DNA from: an uncultured Halobacteriovorax sp.
Lineage (GTDB): Bacteria > Bdellovibrionota > Bacteriovoracia > Bacteriovoracales > Bacteriovoracaceae
Direction: 5' to 3'
Assembly (NCBI GenBank): GCA_964352405.1
Contig: CAYGRY010000005.1
Location: forward strand, 4,659 to 68,658
Length of the DNA: 64,000 bases
The position numbers and the translations under genes are program-made. Below are positions 39,294-47,155 of the stretch, piece by piece (positions within the stretch are counted from its first letter, which is position 1; every line of letters starts with the position of its first letter). The notes below the pieces were generated by a model that ran no database searches, was not told the DNA's origin, and saw nothing but the letters and a program-made list of their open reading frames with translations.

Positions 39294-40658
39294 ATGAATC
39301 ATGTGATCATGGGGCTCGTTGTCCTACTCCATTCCTTCTTTATCTATGCGCAAGATCTTAGTGACCTCGCGGCTCGTGAACAGCTTATTGGTACTGCTCA
39401 ACTTGAGCGAGAGCTTATTTCTGATATGGAGCTTCGACTAAAACTCAATTCACTAATCTTAGAAGTCGCAACACAAATTGATCGAGACCATCCAGGTCTT
39501 AGTCCTTGGAATGATGGTGGCCAATTAACAAAAATTTTCAAAGAAAAGAGCGAACGCTTTTCAGAATTTTATCTCGAACGAATGGATTCTCTTGGCCCAG
39601 AACAAAAATCATTATTTAAAAAAGCGTGGCAACTTATTCAATGGGAAAATCTAGTTGATGTCTTTAAAAGGTCTAGTCTTGGTATCCAAACAATGTTTAA
39701 GCGTAAAGGCTTTGGTATTGTGATTGCGATTTTCATGGGCTTTGTTTCTGATTATACAATCCCAATTATTTTATCGAATTTAGGTCTACCTTGGTTGATT
39801 CCCATTTCAGCAGTCACCCCGTATCAAGTGATTTATTCAACTTTACCTCAAAAAATAACTGACCTTAAAATTCGTTTAAAAGTAAAAAAGAGTCTTGGTG
39901 GAGACCAGGCTTATCAGGCTTATATGCGACAAGAACAAGTTACTCGTGAGGCATTAAAAGCCATGCGTGATGACAATATTCTAATTCCACTTGTCGATGA
40001 AGGTTCTTCTCAGGTTAGTGCATTAAGTTTAAGGCAGAATAATTGGTTTAAAAGCTTTCTGACTAGAATGGGATTTCATAAAGACGCTTTTTCATTTACA
40101 ACACTTCGAAAGTTTATCGAAAAAGAAAATCTTAGTGATGACTATATTGCAAAGATTATGAATCACCCAAGACTTAAGCGTTGGCAGAAAGCTTCACTAA
40201 TGGCGACACATCTTCATGAAACGATGAGTGAAGACAATCGTATTTTATTCAAGCAACGATTTGATAAGAACTTCATTCAGATTCACTCTTTTAATCCTTG
40301 GGATGGTTTTGAGGATTGGACAAAAAAGTTACTGAAGGCAAAATCGGTCGAAGAGATCAACTCTTTAATGTTTGAAGTGCCAAGAGGAACACCTACTCGT
40401 CTTGTTCTCGAAATTTGGCAAGATATTATACTTCCGCATTACTCAACTAAGACAAATTTAAATTACTTCAATTACAGAAAGCTCATTGAAGAGTTCGCTA
40501 GTACTCGTGCAACTCTATTAGCCAATTCTCAAGAAGCATGGTCACTAGGTACTCATCAAGTTCTTATTCGATATGTTTCTGAGTCTCTTGGAAATAAGGC
40601 GTTTTCGAACTGTGAAAATTCTGGTCAGACAATTTTAAGATTTCTTTTATCAAACTAA
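39294..40658 (+). CDS. hypothetical membrane-associated protein
   Basis: 454 aa with an N-terminal signal/anchor and internal hydrophobic pair GFGIVIAIFMGFVSDYTIPIILSNLGLPWLIPI. Confidence 0.65.
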   Translation: MNHVIMGLVVLLHSFFIYAQDLSDLAAREQLIGTAQLERELISDMELRLKLNSLILEVATQIDRDHPGLSPWNDGGQLTKIFKEKSERFSEFYLERMDSLGPEQKSLFKKAWQLIQWENLVDVFKRSSLGIQTMFKRKGFGIVIAIFMGFVSDYTIPIILSNLGLPWLIPISAVTPYQVIYSTLPQKITDLKIRLKVKKSLGGDQAYQAYMRQEQVTREALKAMRDDNILIPLVDEGSSQVSALSLRQNNWFKSFLTRMGFHKDAFSFTTLRKFIEKENLSDDYIAKIMNHPRLKRWQKASLMATHLHETMSEDNRILFKQRFDKNFIQIHSFNPWDGFEDWTKKLLKAKSVEEINSLMFEVPRGTPTRLVLEIWQDIILPHYSTKTNLNYFNYRKLIEEFASTRATLLANSQEAWSLGTHQVLIRYVSESLGNKAFSNCENSGQTILRFLLSN

Positions 40659-41078
40659 TTATTTTTTAGCTTTTTTAAGCTCAGCAATTTGATCTTTTGA
40701 TAACTGAAGAAGCTGAGTCACGCGTACTTCTTCAGTATCTTCGTCAGTTGACTCCTTGGCCTTCTCCTCTTCATTTCTTAAACGTTCAATTTCTTCAACG
40801 TCGATTTCTAATTGAACGTCGGAGACTGACAATTCTGGAGAGCTAAAGTCATCATTGGAGTTAGACTCTTGACCATGACCCGAAATCTGGGGCTTTGCTT
40901 TGGGAGCTGAACTTTTTGCTCGCATTTGTGCTAATTCTTGAGGAGTAAAAAGCTCTGCCCCAGGTTCTCCCCTAGCTCTTCTTTTATCTCGCTCTTTGTG
41001 CAACTGCTCTAGAATCTTATTATATTTTTGAATCTGCTTGAGTAGCTGAATATTTGTAATTTCACTTACCTTAACCAT
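40659..41078 (-). CDS. hypothetical acidic coiled-coil protein
   Basis: 139 aa, K/E-rich, no signal peptide; stop abuts the convergent gene's stop. Confidence 0.55.
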   Translation of the reverse strand: MVKVSEITNIQLLKQIQKYNKILEQLHKERDKRRARGEPGAELFTPQELAQMRAKSSAPKAKPQISGHGQESNSNDDFSSPELSVSDVQLEIDVEEIERLRNEEEKAKESTDEDTEEVRVTQLLQLSKDQIAELKKAKK

Positions 41079-41084
41079 GCAGAT

Positions 41085-41113
41085 ATTATACGAGATTTAG
41101 TCTAATGCCCCAA
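41085..41113 (-). promoter_or_regulatory. possible sigma-70 promoter with leaderless geometry
   Basis: Minus strand reads TTGGGG-N17-TATAAT, then 6 nt, then the ATG at 41078; no Shine-Dalgarno sequence. Confidence 0.4.
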
Positions 41114-41130
41114 CTCTTTATTGATAGACT

Positions 41131-41703
41131 TTGAAATGGCATAATAAACCTATGATTGAATCAAAAGAATTTGATAAAATTTATGGGGAATTAATCAATC
41201 GTCTAGAAAAAGACGAGAGACCTCATCTCGAGCTTTCTGAAGGTGTTTTGAATCAAATAAAAACTCTTTGGACACATTCTTTAGAATCTCTTGATAACCA
41301 ACGAATAAACTCCATCATGTGTGTTTTAGATCATACACGTCATTGCTATGATCTATTTGACGATCATTTTTATCAAAGCTTAGAGTCAAATCTCGAAGAC
41401 ACAACCTTGGTTTTTACGCTTGGGGCTTCGTGGAAACATATGCTCGGCAGATGGTCTCGCTCAGGTGATCGAATCACAACTCGGTATATTGAAATCTTAC
41501 GAAAATTTTTGAACTCAAAAAATCATGAGCTTGTTGAATGGTCACTTAGAACGATTGACCAAATTGGCCCCCAAGGCAGGCTCTTACAAAAAGAAATCTC
41601 TCAAAATAAAATGAAGTTAAAATCTTTTATTAATCCAAGAGCAAAAGCCATTACTCAATTGGTAGAGATGTTCGAAAAAAGATGGAGTCATCATGGCCGG
41701 TGA
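41131..41703 (+). CDS. hypothetical protein
   Basis: 190-aa ORF (TTG 41131; alternative ATG 41152); helical composition. Confidence 0.55.
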   Translation: MKWHNKPMIESKEFDKIYGELINRLEKDERPHLELSEGVLNQIKTLWTHSLESLDNQRINSIMCVLDHTRHCYDLFDDHFYQSLESNLEDTTLVFTLGASWKHMLGRWSRSGDRITTRYIEILRKFLNSKNHELVEWSLRTIDQIGPQGRLLQKEISQNKMKLKSFINPRAKAITQLVEMFEKRWSHHGR

Positions 41704-42058
41704 TTTTAATTTTAAAGATCAAGAAGAGCTTGAAAGAAGGCTACTACAGTTGAAGTTAGCCACCAATGCTGGTGGCAAAGAGCATTTTAATGCTCAGCAA
41801 GCCGTCGATATAAAAGTGAATTTGAGACCAGATAAAAACGTTAAACCTGCAATGTTTATCCCTGACCCGCTTTTACCTGGTTGTTATAAGGCGCACCCCA
41901 TCACAATCGCAGCGCTACGCAAAAATATTTTCGCAGCAGGTAATGAATTATTTGAAGACCTAGAAGATTTAGTAACTTGTGATGGTTGCCAACAACAAAT
42001 TGATCGTCAATTTTGGTATTTCTGTCCTTTTTGTGAAGCTAAATTCAAGAATTTATGA
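41693..42058 (+). CDS. hypothetical protein with C-terminal zinc-ribbon
   Basis: CDGCQQQIDRQFWYFCPFCEAKF (CxxC-N12-CxxC); 11-nt overlap with the upstream ORF. Confidence 0.55.
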   Translation: MAGDFNFKDQEELERRLLQLKLATNAGGKEHFNAQQAVDIKVNLRPDKNVKPAMFIPDPLLPGCYKAHPITIAALRKNIFAAGNELFEDLEDLVTCDGCQQQIDRQFWYFCPFCEAKFKNL

Positions 42059-42254
42059 GTTTTTAAGCGCTTAGAAGTCACCAATTGTAAGACTTTATCC
42101 TTTGTCTATTATCCGCCTAAAATCGTATCTTACCTCTGTCCATAGTTTTGAATTTTTTACACACCCGCATGATGCGGTCACAGAGAGTTCAAAGTTTGTT
42201 GGTAAGGCTTGAGACACGGACGCACACACCGTCCTCTTAACAGGAGTAGACTCG

Positions 42255-42683
42255 ATGGCCAGAGAAAATGCATATTTGATTGAGAAACAGATTGTTCAAC
42301 TTAAAGACTTATTAATGTCTGAAAAAGAGAACATTCTTAACGACCGCAAAGATGTCGAGAATTATTCTCTCGATAAGAATGAACTTGCTGATCCTTTAGA
42401 TGAAGCAAGTGTAAACATTCAAACATCTCAAGAGCTTCGCTTTAGAAATCGTAAAATGTTTTATTTGAAAAAAATCAATAAAGCGCTACGTAAAGTTGAA
42501 GAAGGCATCTATGGTCTTTGCCAAGACTGTGATGTTGAAATTGGTTTTGAGCGTCTTATGGCCCGTCCTACAGCTGATCTTTGTATCGGATGTAAAGAAG
42601 AGTCTGAGATGAATGAGCGTAATAACTTCCATATGAAGCGCTCTAAGTCTCTTGGTCAATCGCTACAAGATCTTTCAAAATAA
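42255..42683 (+). CDS. dksA: DksA/TraR-family RNA polymerase-binding zinc-finger protein
   Basis: Coiled-coil N-terminus with DPLDEAS and C4 finger CQDCDVEIGFERLMARPTADLCIGCK. Confidence 0.9.
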   Translation: MARENAYLIEKQIVQLKDLLMSEKENILNDRKDVENYSLDKNELADPLDEASVNIQTSQELRFRNRKMFYLKKINKALRKVEEGIYGLCQDCDVEIGFERLMARPTADLCIGCKEESEMNERNNFHMKRSKSLGQSLQDLSK

Positions 42684-42696
42684 TTAAGTTAAAATT

Positions 42697-42723
42697 GAGC
42701 CTCACGAATGAGGCTCTTTTTTT
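42697..42723 (+). terminator. rho-independent terminator of dksA
   Basis: GAGCCTC-ACGAAT-GAGGCTC followed by TTTTTTT; the T-run abuts the next ATG at 42724. Confidence 0.7.
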
Positions 42724-43110
42724 ATGAATCCAACAATTGAAAAAATCGTTACAGATTTTTACACTTTAGCTACGACTGATGTCATGATCGGTTATCACTT
42801 TAGAAAAATCGCAACATCAGAGGGTATTCATCCTCTCAAACCGCCAATTGATGCTTTTGCTAGTCATATACCAAGAATTGTTAACTTTTGGGAAATCCAG
42901 CTCGAAGCCAAGCCGATTCAAGCTGATTCGTTTGATTTGATCAAGGTCCATAAAGCGCTTGGTATCTTACCTGGAGAGCTAGGTCGTTGGATCAAGTTGT
43001 TTAAAGATATCTTAAACAATTATGATCAGAGCCATGAATTGATAATAAAGTGGAATGAAAAAATTAATCTCTTTGAAAAAATCTTTAAAAAAAGCTTATT
43101 CAGCAATTAA
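42724..43110 (+). CDS. possible truncated-haemoglobin-like (group III) globin-fold protein
   Basis: Length and pattern IEKIVTDFYTLATTDVMIGYHF...VNFWEIQL...HKALGILPGELGRWIKLF resemble Ctb-type trHb layout by eye; weak. Confidence 0.4.
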   Translation: MNPTIEKIVTDFYTLATTDVMIGYHFRKIATSEGIHPLKPPIDAFASHIPRIVNFWEIQLEAKPIQADSFDLIKVHKALGILPGELGRWIKLFKDILNNYDQSHELIIKWNEKINLFEKIFKKSLFSN

Positions 43111-43497
43111 AGCCGGTCTTTTTGCTTCAAAGACTTTTTGCACAAAGCTCTCTAAGACTGGTTCATTAGTTACATCATCAAAAATCCAGTCTCCCGCATA
43201 CCATTGATCAAGCTGAAAAGCTGCAGCTCTCGCCTGCTGGACGGTTTCATATTGCATTGTAATGAGTTCAACCTTGGAAACAAGAATCCTTTTTCCACTG
43301 CCTTGAATACATCCATCTGTCGGATAATTTTCACATAGAACTCTTTTTTCAGGATCTGTAATAGGAACTAAAATAATAGTTGGATCAGCCTTTTGAGCAA
43401 TAAACCACATTTCTGTTGGGGAGTAGGTTCTCTCCTCTTTTGAGCAAGAACAACCAGTTACGATGACAAGGACGATAAAACATAAAAATATTTTCAT
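43096..43497 (-). CDS. lipoprotein, unknown function
   Basis: Lipobox VIVTGCS after a signal peptide. Confidence 0.6.
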   Translation of the reverse strand: MKIFLCFIVLVIVTGCSCSKEERTYSPTEMWFIAQKADPTIILVPITDPEKRVLCENYPTDGCIQGSGKRILVSKVELITMQYETVQQARAAAFQLDQWYAGDWIFDDVTNEPVLESFVQKVFEAKRPALIAE

Positions 43498-43608
43498 AGC
43501 TTTATTCTAGCATGGAGTTTTTATGGGATGTAAGTCTTTCATGGTGTAGGGCCAAAGAATTTTTTATTTAATATATGTAGCCCACTATCAATAACTTTGG
43601 GGGAATCC

Positions 43609-44286
43609 ATGAAGATGATGACTTTTCTTGCACTACTAATGAGCTTTTCTGTAATGGCTCAGCCAGTTCAAAACCGCGCCAATCTTGAAGCTGAAGCTAA
43701 AAAGCTTTCTCTTCAAATGAAAATCTTGGTTGATCGTAATGTTGATCGTCTTGATGAGCGTGACCTGACTCAACTTGTGAGGTCTCTAGAGCGTTCAAAA
43801 GATATCTTATTAGGTCAAAGACCAGGACCAGGACCAGGCCCAATTCCACCAATTCCTGCTCCAAGATATACATGTGATCGTGCGAGTGCATCTGAATATC
43901 AATCAACTTTTGTTAAAGTTAAAAACTTTGCTTATTCAAGCTCAGGTTTAGATATGAGCAGTGCTGCAGCTACTAATTTTGCTCAAGATTGGTCAACAAG
44001 ATACGCTTGCGCTGATGCTGATCAATTCATCTCAATTTTTGGTCGTCTAAAGAATTTTGCTTATTCAACTTCAGGATTAGATATGAGCGCTGCTGCTTCA
44101 ATCGATTTTGCTCAACAAGGTGTTAATAGCCTTTGTGAAAACTATAATTTTGAAGCTGAGTTTAAAAACCTTTATAACTTTGCTTACTCAACTTCAGGAT
44201 TAGATCTTTCAGCTCCTGCAGCGAAAGATTATGCAAGACAAAGAGTTGAACCACAAATGTTCCAGTGTCGTCCGTTTAATTTCTAA
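43609..44286 (+). CDS. secreted protein with PGPGPGPIPPIP linker and three tandem 41-43-aa repeats
   Basis: Signal peptide MKMMTFLALLMSFSVMA; GGGGGA Shine-Dalgarno 4 nt upstream; repeat core NFAYS(S/T)SGLD(M/L)S..AA..(F/Y)A(Q/R). Confidence 0.7.
   Translation: MKMMTFLALLMSFSVMAQPVQNRANLEAEAKKLSLQMKILVDRNVDRLDERDLTQLVRSLERSKDILLGQRPGPGPGPIPPIPAPRYTCDRASASEYQSTFVKVKNFAYSSSGLDMSSAAATNFAQDWSTRYACADADQFISIFGRLKNFAYSTSGLDMSAAASIDFAQQGVNSLCENYNFEAEFKNLYNFAYSTSGLDLSAPAAKDYARQRVEPQMFQCRPFNF
43924..44250 (+). repeat. three in-frame tandem coding repeats (cores start at 43924, 44053 and 44176)
   Basis: aactttgcttattcaagctcaggtttagatatgagc / aattttgcttattcaacttcaggattagatatgagc / aactttgcttactcaacttcaggattagatctttca; spacings 129 and 123 nt. 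Confidence 0.8.
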
Positions 44287-44312
44287 TTTAAATCGATACA
44301 GATAGAAAAAAT

Positions 44313-44339
44313 GAAGCCCCGAATATCGGGGCTTTTTTT
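44313..44339. terminator. bidirectional rho-independent terminator
   Basis: AAGCCCCG-AATAT-CGGGGCTT followed by TTTTTT; an A-run upstream serves the minus strand. Confidence 0.7.
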
Positions 44340-45642
44340 ATTTCTTTTTTTGCTGCTGTTTTTTGTATCTGGGCGTTTTCTTTGTAGTTTTTACGACATA
44401 TTTCTTTTTTTCTGGAACCTTTTTAGCATCAGCTTTCTTTTTAATCTGAGTTGCTTTCTTTTTTACTGCAATCTTCGCTCTAGTCTTGTCACCCGCAATA
44501 GGGTCAAGTTGTAGTAGAGTTTGTTCACTAATTGATTTATTAATTTTTGAAATCAGGCCTTGATCTCTTGAATTCACAAAGTTGAAAACACGACCAGGAA
44601 CCCCTGAGCGACCAGTACGACCACAACGGTGTAGATAATAGACTGATTCAAACGGAAGGTCGTAGTTTAAAACCCAGACCACGCCTTTAACATCAATACC
44701 TCGGGCCGCAATATCACTGGCAACAAGAGTAACGTTCTTATCTCTAAACTCAGCATTTTGCTTTTCACGATCCTTTTTATCCATATCACCATGAAGCTTG
44801 GCAAAAGCGCGCTTAGGAAATTTTTCAATAAGAAGGTTATGAACTTCTTCTACTGATTCTTTGCGATTGACGAAGATAATTCCTTTCATCCCACCTTGCT
44901 CTTTTAAAAAGAGCTCAAGCATATAAGGTTTCTCTCCTTGAGAGCAGGTAATATTAAAGGTTTCGATATTAAGTTTTACCCCGTGGGCGCCTTCGATAAC
45001 TAAATCAACCAACGGAGCCCCGTCAAAGACATCCATCGCAATCTGATTAAGATCGGCCGGTCTTGTTGCTGTAAAGAGTGCTAGCTGGCAAGGTCCTTCA
45101 ATTTTTTCGTAGATTTTTTTAAGCTCTTTAGCAAAACCAAGATCAAGCATTTGATCGGCTTCATCGATATAAAGCATTTTAACTTGCTTCATATTAAGGT
45201 CACCCTTATCGATAGCCTGTCTGACTCGTGAAGGAGCTGCAACTAGCACATCAAGGCCAGTTCTCATTTGAGTGGTCTTGGCAGATGAGTCTCCTCCAGA
45301 TAGAAGCCTGACTCTAAATTTTGCAAAGTGAGAAATCCTTTTAAGAATACCAAAAACTTGGGAAGCAAGTTCACGAGTAGGACAAAGAATAATCGCAGCA
45401 GGTGCTGAGGCCAAAGACGGATCAAATGTTTTGTCCGCTTCTGCTTTTTTTAAAAGTTGAACTAGAGGAAGAACGTAAGCGAGAGTCTTGCCGGTCCCTG
45501 TTTGGGCGGTACAGACAATCGACTCTCCTTTAAGAAGTTCAGGGATCGCTTTATTTTGAACATCAGTAGGCTCTTTAAAACCTTCTTCTTTTATATATTC
45601 TTGTAAGGCTTTTAATTGAATAAGTTGATCAAAGCGTGCCAT
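44338..45642 (-). CDS. DEAD-box ATP-dependent RNA helicase with Lys-rich C-terminal tail
   Basis: Q motif, AQTGTGKT, PTRELA, DEAD, SAT, HRCGRTGR; the tail is KKKATQIKKKADAKK... Confidence 0.9.
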   Translation of the reverse strand: MARFDQLIQLKALQEYIKEEGFKEPTDVQNKAIPELLKGESIVCTAQTGTGKTLAYVLPLVQLLKKAEADKTFDPSLASAPAAIILCPTRELASQVFGILKRISHFAKFRVRLLSGGDSSAKTTQMRTGLDVLVAAPSRVRQAIDKGDLNMKQVKMLYIDEADQMLDLGFAKELKKIYEKIEGPCQLALFTATRPADLNQIAMDVFDGAPLVDLVIEGAHGVKLNIETFNITCSQGEKPYMLELFLKEQGGMKGIIFVNRKESVEEVHNLLIEKFPKRAFAKLHGDMDKKDREKQNAEFRDKNVTLVASDIAARGIDVKGVVWVLNYDLPFESVYYLHRCGRTGRSGVPGRVFNFVNSRDQGLISKINKSISEQTLLQLDPIAGDKTRAKIAVKKKATQIKKKADAKKVPEKKKYVVKTTKKTPRYKKQQQKKK

Positions 45643-45663
45643 CAGGCGGTCTCCACGAAATAG

Positions 45664-45689
45664 GAAAAAAAAAGGGGGCCATTGCCCCC
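45664..45689 (-). terminator. rho-independent terminator of the 45713-46990 gene
   Basis: Minus strand reads GGGGGC-AATG-GCCCCC followed by TTTTTTTTT. Confidence 0.7.
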
Positions 45690-45712
45690 GCTTCTAACTA
45701 TCACGCTTTGAG

Positions 45713-46990
45713 TTAAAAGAACAATCTGAAGTTTAACGAATGCAGTGTAGAGACCTTAGTATCATTAATTTTAGACTTAAGTGGCTGCTTAAGGCTGTAC
45801 TCGAGCTGCATTAACCATAGTTTTACACGAGGAGCCAAAGTTAAATGCTCTTCATCGACCATACCTCGCACCTGAACCCCAATTCTATCGTCCCAGACAA
45901 ACGTCCCAAATTCGACCCCACCGTAGGGCTGAGCATCTTGTCCATAGCCTGATCTTTTATAAGCTCCGGCAAACGGTCTTAAAGTGAAGACCGAAAAATC
46001 ATATTTATAATCTGCATGGAGTCTAATTAGTGGCTTGATAGCGTATCTTAAGTCTCCTGCTTTTTCTTTATTATCTGAAATGGTAGCAAGTTTTAATTCT
46101 TCGACTGATGCCATTCCTCGAAGATTTCCATTTTTATAACCAAGCTCGTAGTCGGCGACGGCCGCGATATTGGTATTGAGTTCTTCACCAAAATCGATGG
46201 CATCAGAGCCTTTTGATAGGGAGTCTGCAGTGACAATAACTTGTGTATCAGCTCTACCCATTGCATAGAGATTAAAGCTACCAAAAAAATGGTCATCAAC
46301 TTCATATAGGTTATAAAAACCGACTTTAGCATCGGCCTTAGCGTAAGTCAGAACGTCTGGAGTTGATGTATCACTAGGATAGAAATATTTATTAAGATAT
46401 GGAACTGCCTCAGCTTGAACTGCGGGTGATTCACCAGCAATTGCTTTCGCGATAATATCGTCTCCACCAGTCATTGAGGCAAACTTAGAAACAATAAGGT
46501 TTTTAAGTTCAGTAGAGAGATCCTGACCAACATAATCAAGAATTGTTTGAGCTGATAAATTAGTCGCTCTAACACCAATATTGACCATTAAATTGACGCC
46601 TACTCTCAAGTTGGGAACAAATTTAACATCAAAAGCACTAAAGCTAGGAAGTGGGGCTCCCAAATTCAAACCGAAACGAATAGTTTGTTCTGTATCACGA
46701 TATTTTCTTAAGAATGCTTGTCCTGCCGCCAGTTTTTCCGAGTCAGAACCTTGAGTCTTAGAAACATCATTCGCATCGTTATAGAAATCTAGAGCATTGG
46801 TATTTAAGCCTGCAGTAATATCTATGATGAAGTCATGCCCATAAGGTCTCAGGAGTTCTTCTGTTTTAAATCGATCATCAAGAGTGATCGCTCTTTCTTT
46901 GACGTCGTAGGCTGCTTGAGCCTTTGCAAGAAAAGCCACTGCCATGACTAGTGCCGATAATTTAACAAATGAACTGAGCTTGTGTTTCAT
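45713..46990 (-). CDS. outer-membrane beta-barrel protein, unknown family
   Basis: Signal peptide ...AFLAKAQA, amphipathic strands, C-terminal ...LNFRLFF. Confidence 0.65.
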   Translation of the reverse strand: MKHKLSSFVKLSALVMAVAFLAKAQAAYDVKERAITLDDRFKTEELLRPYGHDFIIDITAGLNTNALDFYNDANDVSKTQGSDSEKLAAGQAFLRKYRDTEQTIRFGLNLGAPLPSFSAFDVKFVPNLRVGVNLMVNIGVRATNLSAQTILDYVGQDLSTELKNLIVSKFASMTGGDDIIAKAIAGESPAVQAEAVPYLNKYFYPSDTSTPDVLTYAKADAKVGFYNLYEVDDHFFGSFNLYAMGRADTQVIVTADSLSKGSDAIDFGEELNTNIAAVADYELGYKNGNLRGMASVEELKLATISDNKEKAGDLRYAIKPLIRLHADYKYDFSVFTLRPFAGAYKRSGYGQDAQPYGGVEFGTFVWDDRIGVQVRGMVDEEHLTLAPRVKLWLMQLEYSLKQPLKSKINDTKVSTLHSLNFRLFF

Positions 46991-47155
46991 CTTTCCCTCT
47001 CAACAACATCAATAGAAATAAATTTTGATTGATTAAAGAATAACCGCAGATAAAAAATTCGCAATAGCATCGCAAAGATTGCCAAAAACGACATAGAAAG
47101 GGACAATACTAGTAGGATTTCAATAGATTACGATTAAGTTTGGGAGTGACTACAC

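Noticed and set aside
44311-44514. 67-aa Phe/Leu-rich plus-strand ORF
   Set aside because: It is antisense to the Lys-rich tail (AAA/AAG codons) of the DEAD-box helicase and starts inside a terminator.
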